Shown here piece after piece: positions 63,839-64,000 of a DNA stretch of 64,000 nucleotides. Origin of the DNA: Actinomycetes bacterium (lineage in GTDB: Bacteria; Actinomycetota; Acidimicrobiia; Acidimicrobiales; CADCSY01); assembly GCA_031399525.1 (NCBI GenBank), contig JANNOZ010000002.1, forward strand, positions 129,897 to 193,896, in the 5' to 3' direction. Numbering within the stretch: the first letter of the stretch is position 1; the number at the start of each line of letters is the position of its first letter. The notes below the pieces were generated by a model, which did no database searches, was not told the DNA's origin, and worked only from the letters and a program-made list of their open reading frames with translations. A program made the position numbers and the translations under genes.

Positions 63839-64000
63839 TCATGGGTCGCCGCGTCGGACGCGGCCCGTCTCGTAGGCCCACATGGCGATCTCGACTCGGT
63901 TCCGGGCCCCGAGCTTGTTCATGAGGCTGGCCAGGTGCGTCTTCACCGTGCTCAGGCTGATGAACAGCTCGTCGGCGATCTCCGCGTTCGTCCGACCTCG
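63839..64000 (-). CDS. LuxR/NarL-type HTH domain, 3' end of a response-regulator-like gene cut by the window edge
   Basis: Minus-strand frame reads RGRTNAEIADELFISLSTVKTHLASLMNKLGARNRVEIAMWAYETGRVRRGDP, with the stop at 63839-41. Confidence 0.7.
   Translation of the reverse strand, partial: RGRTNAEIADELFISLSTVKTHLASLMNKLGARNRVEIAMWAYETGRVRRGDP

Overview
GC-rich, gene-dense stretch that reads like an Actinomycetota chromosome. Third codon positions are almost all G/C, shadow ORFs are pervasive, and many operon genes overlap by ATGA or GTGA. All calls come from reading the six-frame translations and the DNA by eye; no database search was run. I call about 75 protein-coding genes. I found no rRNA, tRNA, CRISPR array, transposase or integrase. 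Left to right: (1) 1-3.9 kb: pgi-pgl and an alpha-galactosidase-like hydrolase. (2) 4-17 kb: mixed secreted and lipoprotein genes, an orphan peptide-type ABC binding protein, a prmA-like gene, glutathione peroxidase and an ABC-2 exporter. (3) 17-20.5 kb: an xfp-ackA phosphoketolase operon. (4) 20.6-22.2 kb: two paralogous exported ferritin-like proteins. (5) 22-38.5 kb: pirin, an orphan amt, ogt, a second DrrAB-like ABC exporter, two ECF sigma factors without anti-sigma partners (ECF42-like with a DGPF/YciI partner, ECF41-like with a SnoaL-type tail), and purU. (6) 38.5-43.3 kb: a sulfur cluster, arsR-sulP followed by a His-less CsoR-family (CstR-like) regulator, an MBL/rhodanese fusion and tauE. 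(7) 46.7-49.5 kb: a 935-aa LuxR-type ATPase regulator (LAL family). (8) 49.6-50.3 kb: a decaying crcB pair. (9) 50.4-56.3 kb: a seven-gene minus-strand metal block, copZ, unknown two-domain His-rich protein, copA, csoR, blaI, M56 peptidase, DUF305. (10) 57.3-64 kb: a DUF1778/GNAT toxin-antitoxin pair, a membrane-anchored DAGK-like kinase whose frame has no stop before it runs into a second sulP, a VapBC-like pair, and a partial LuxR-type response regulator at the right edge. The most interesting unexplained signals are: (a) a three-copy family of structured 71-99 bp intergenic palindromic elements (26948-27046, 36272-36342, 57018-57088); (b) twin 18-19 bp palindromes that link blaI-M56 and DUF305 inside the copper island; (c) an uncharacterised tandem-domain protein translationally coupled between copZ and copA. 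I did not find a clear-cut, obviously novel multi-gene system such as a defence island.
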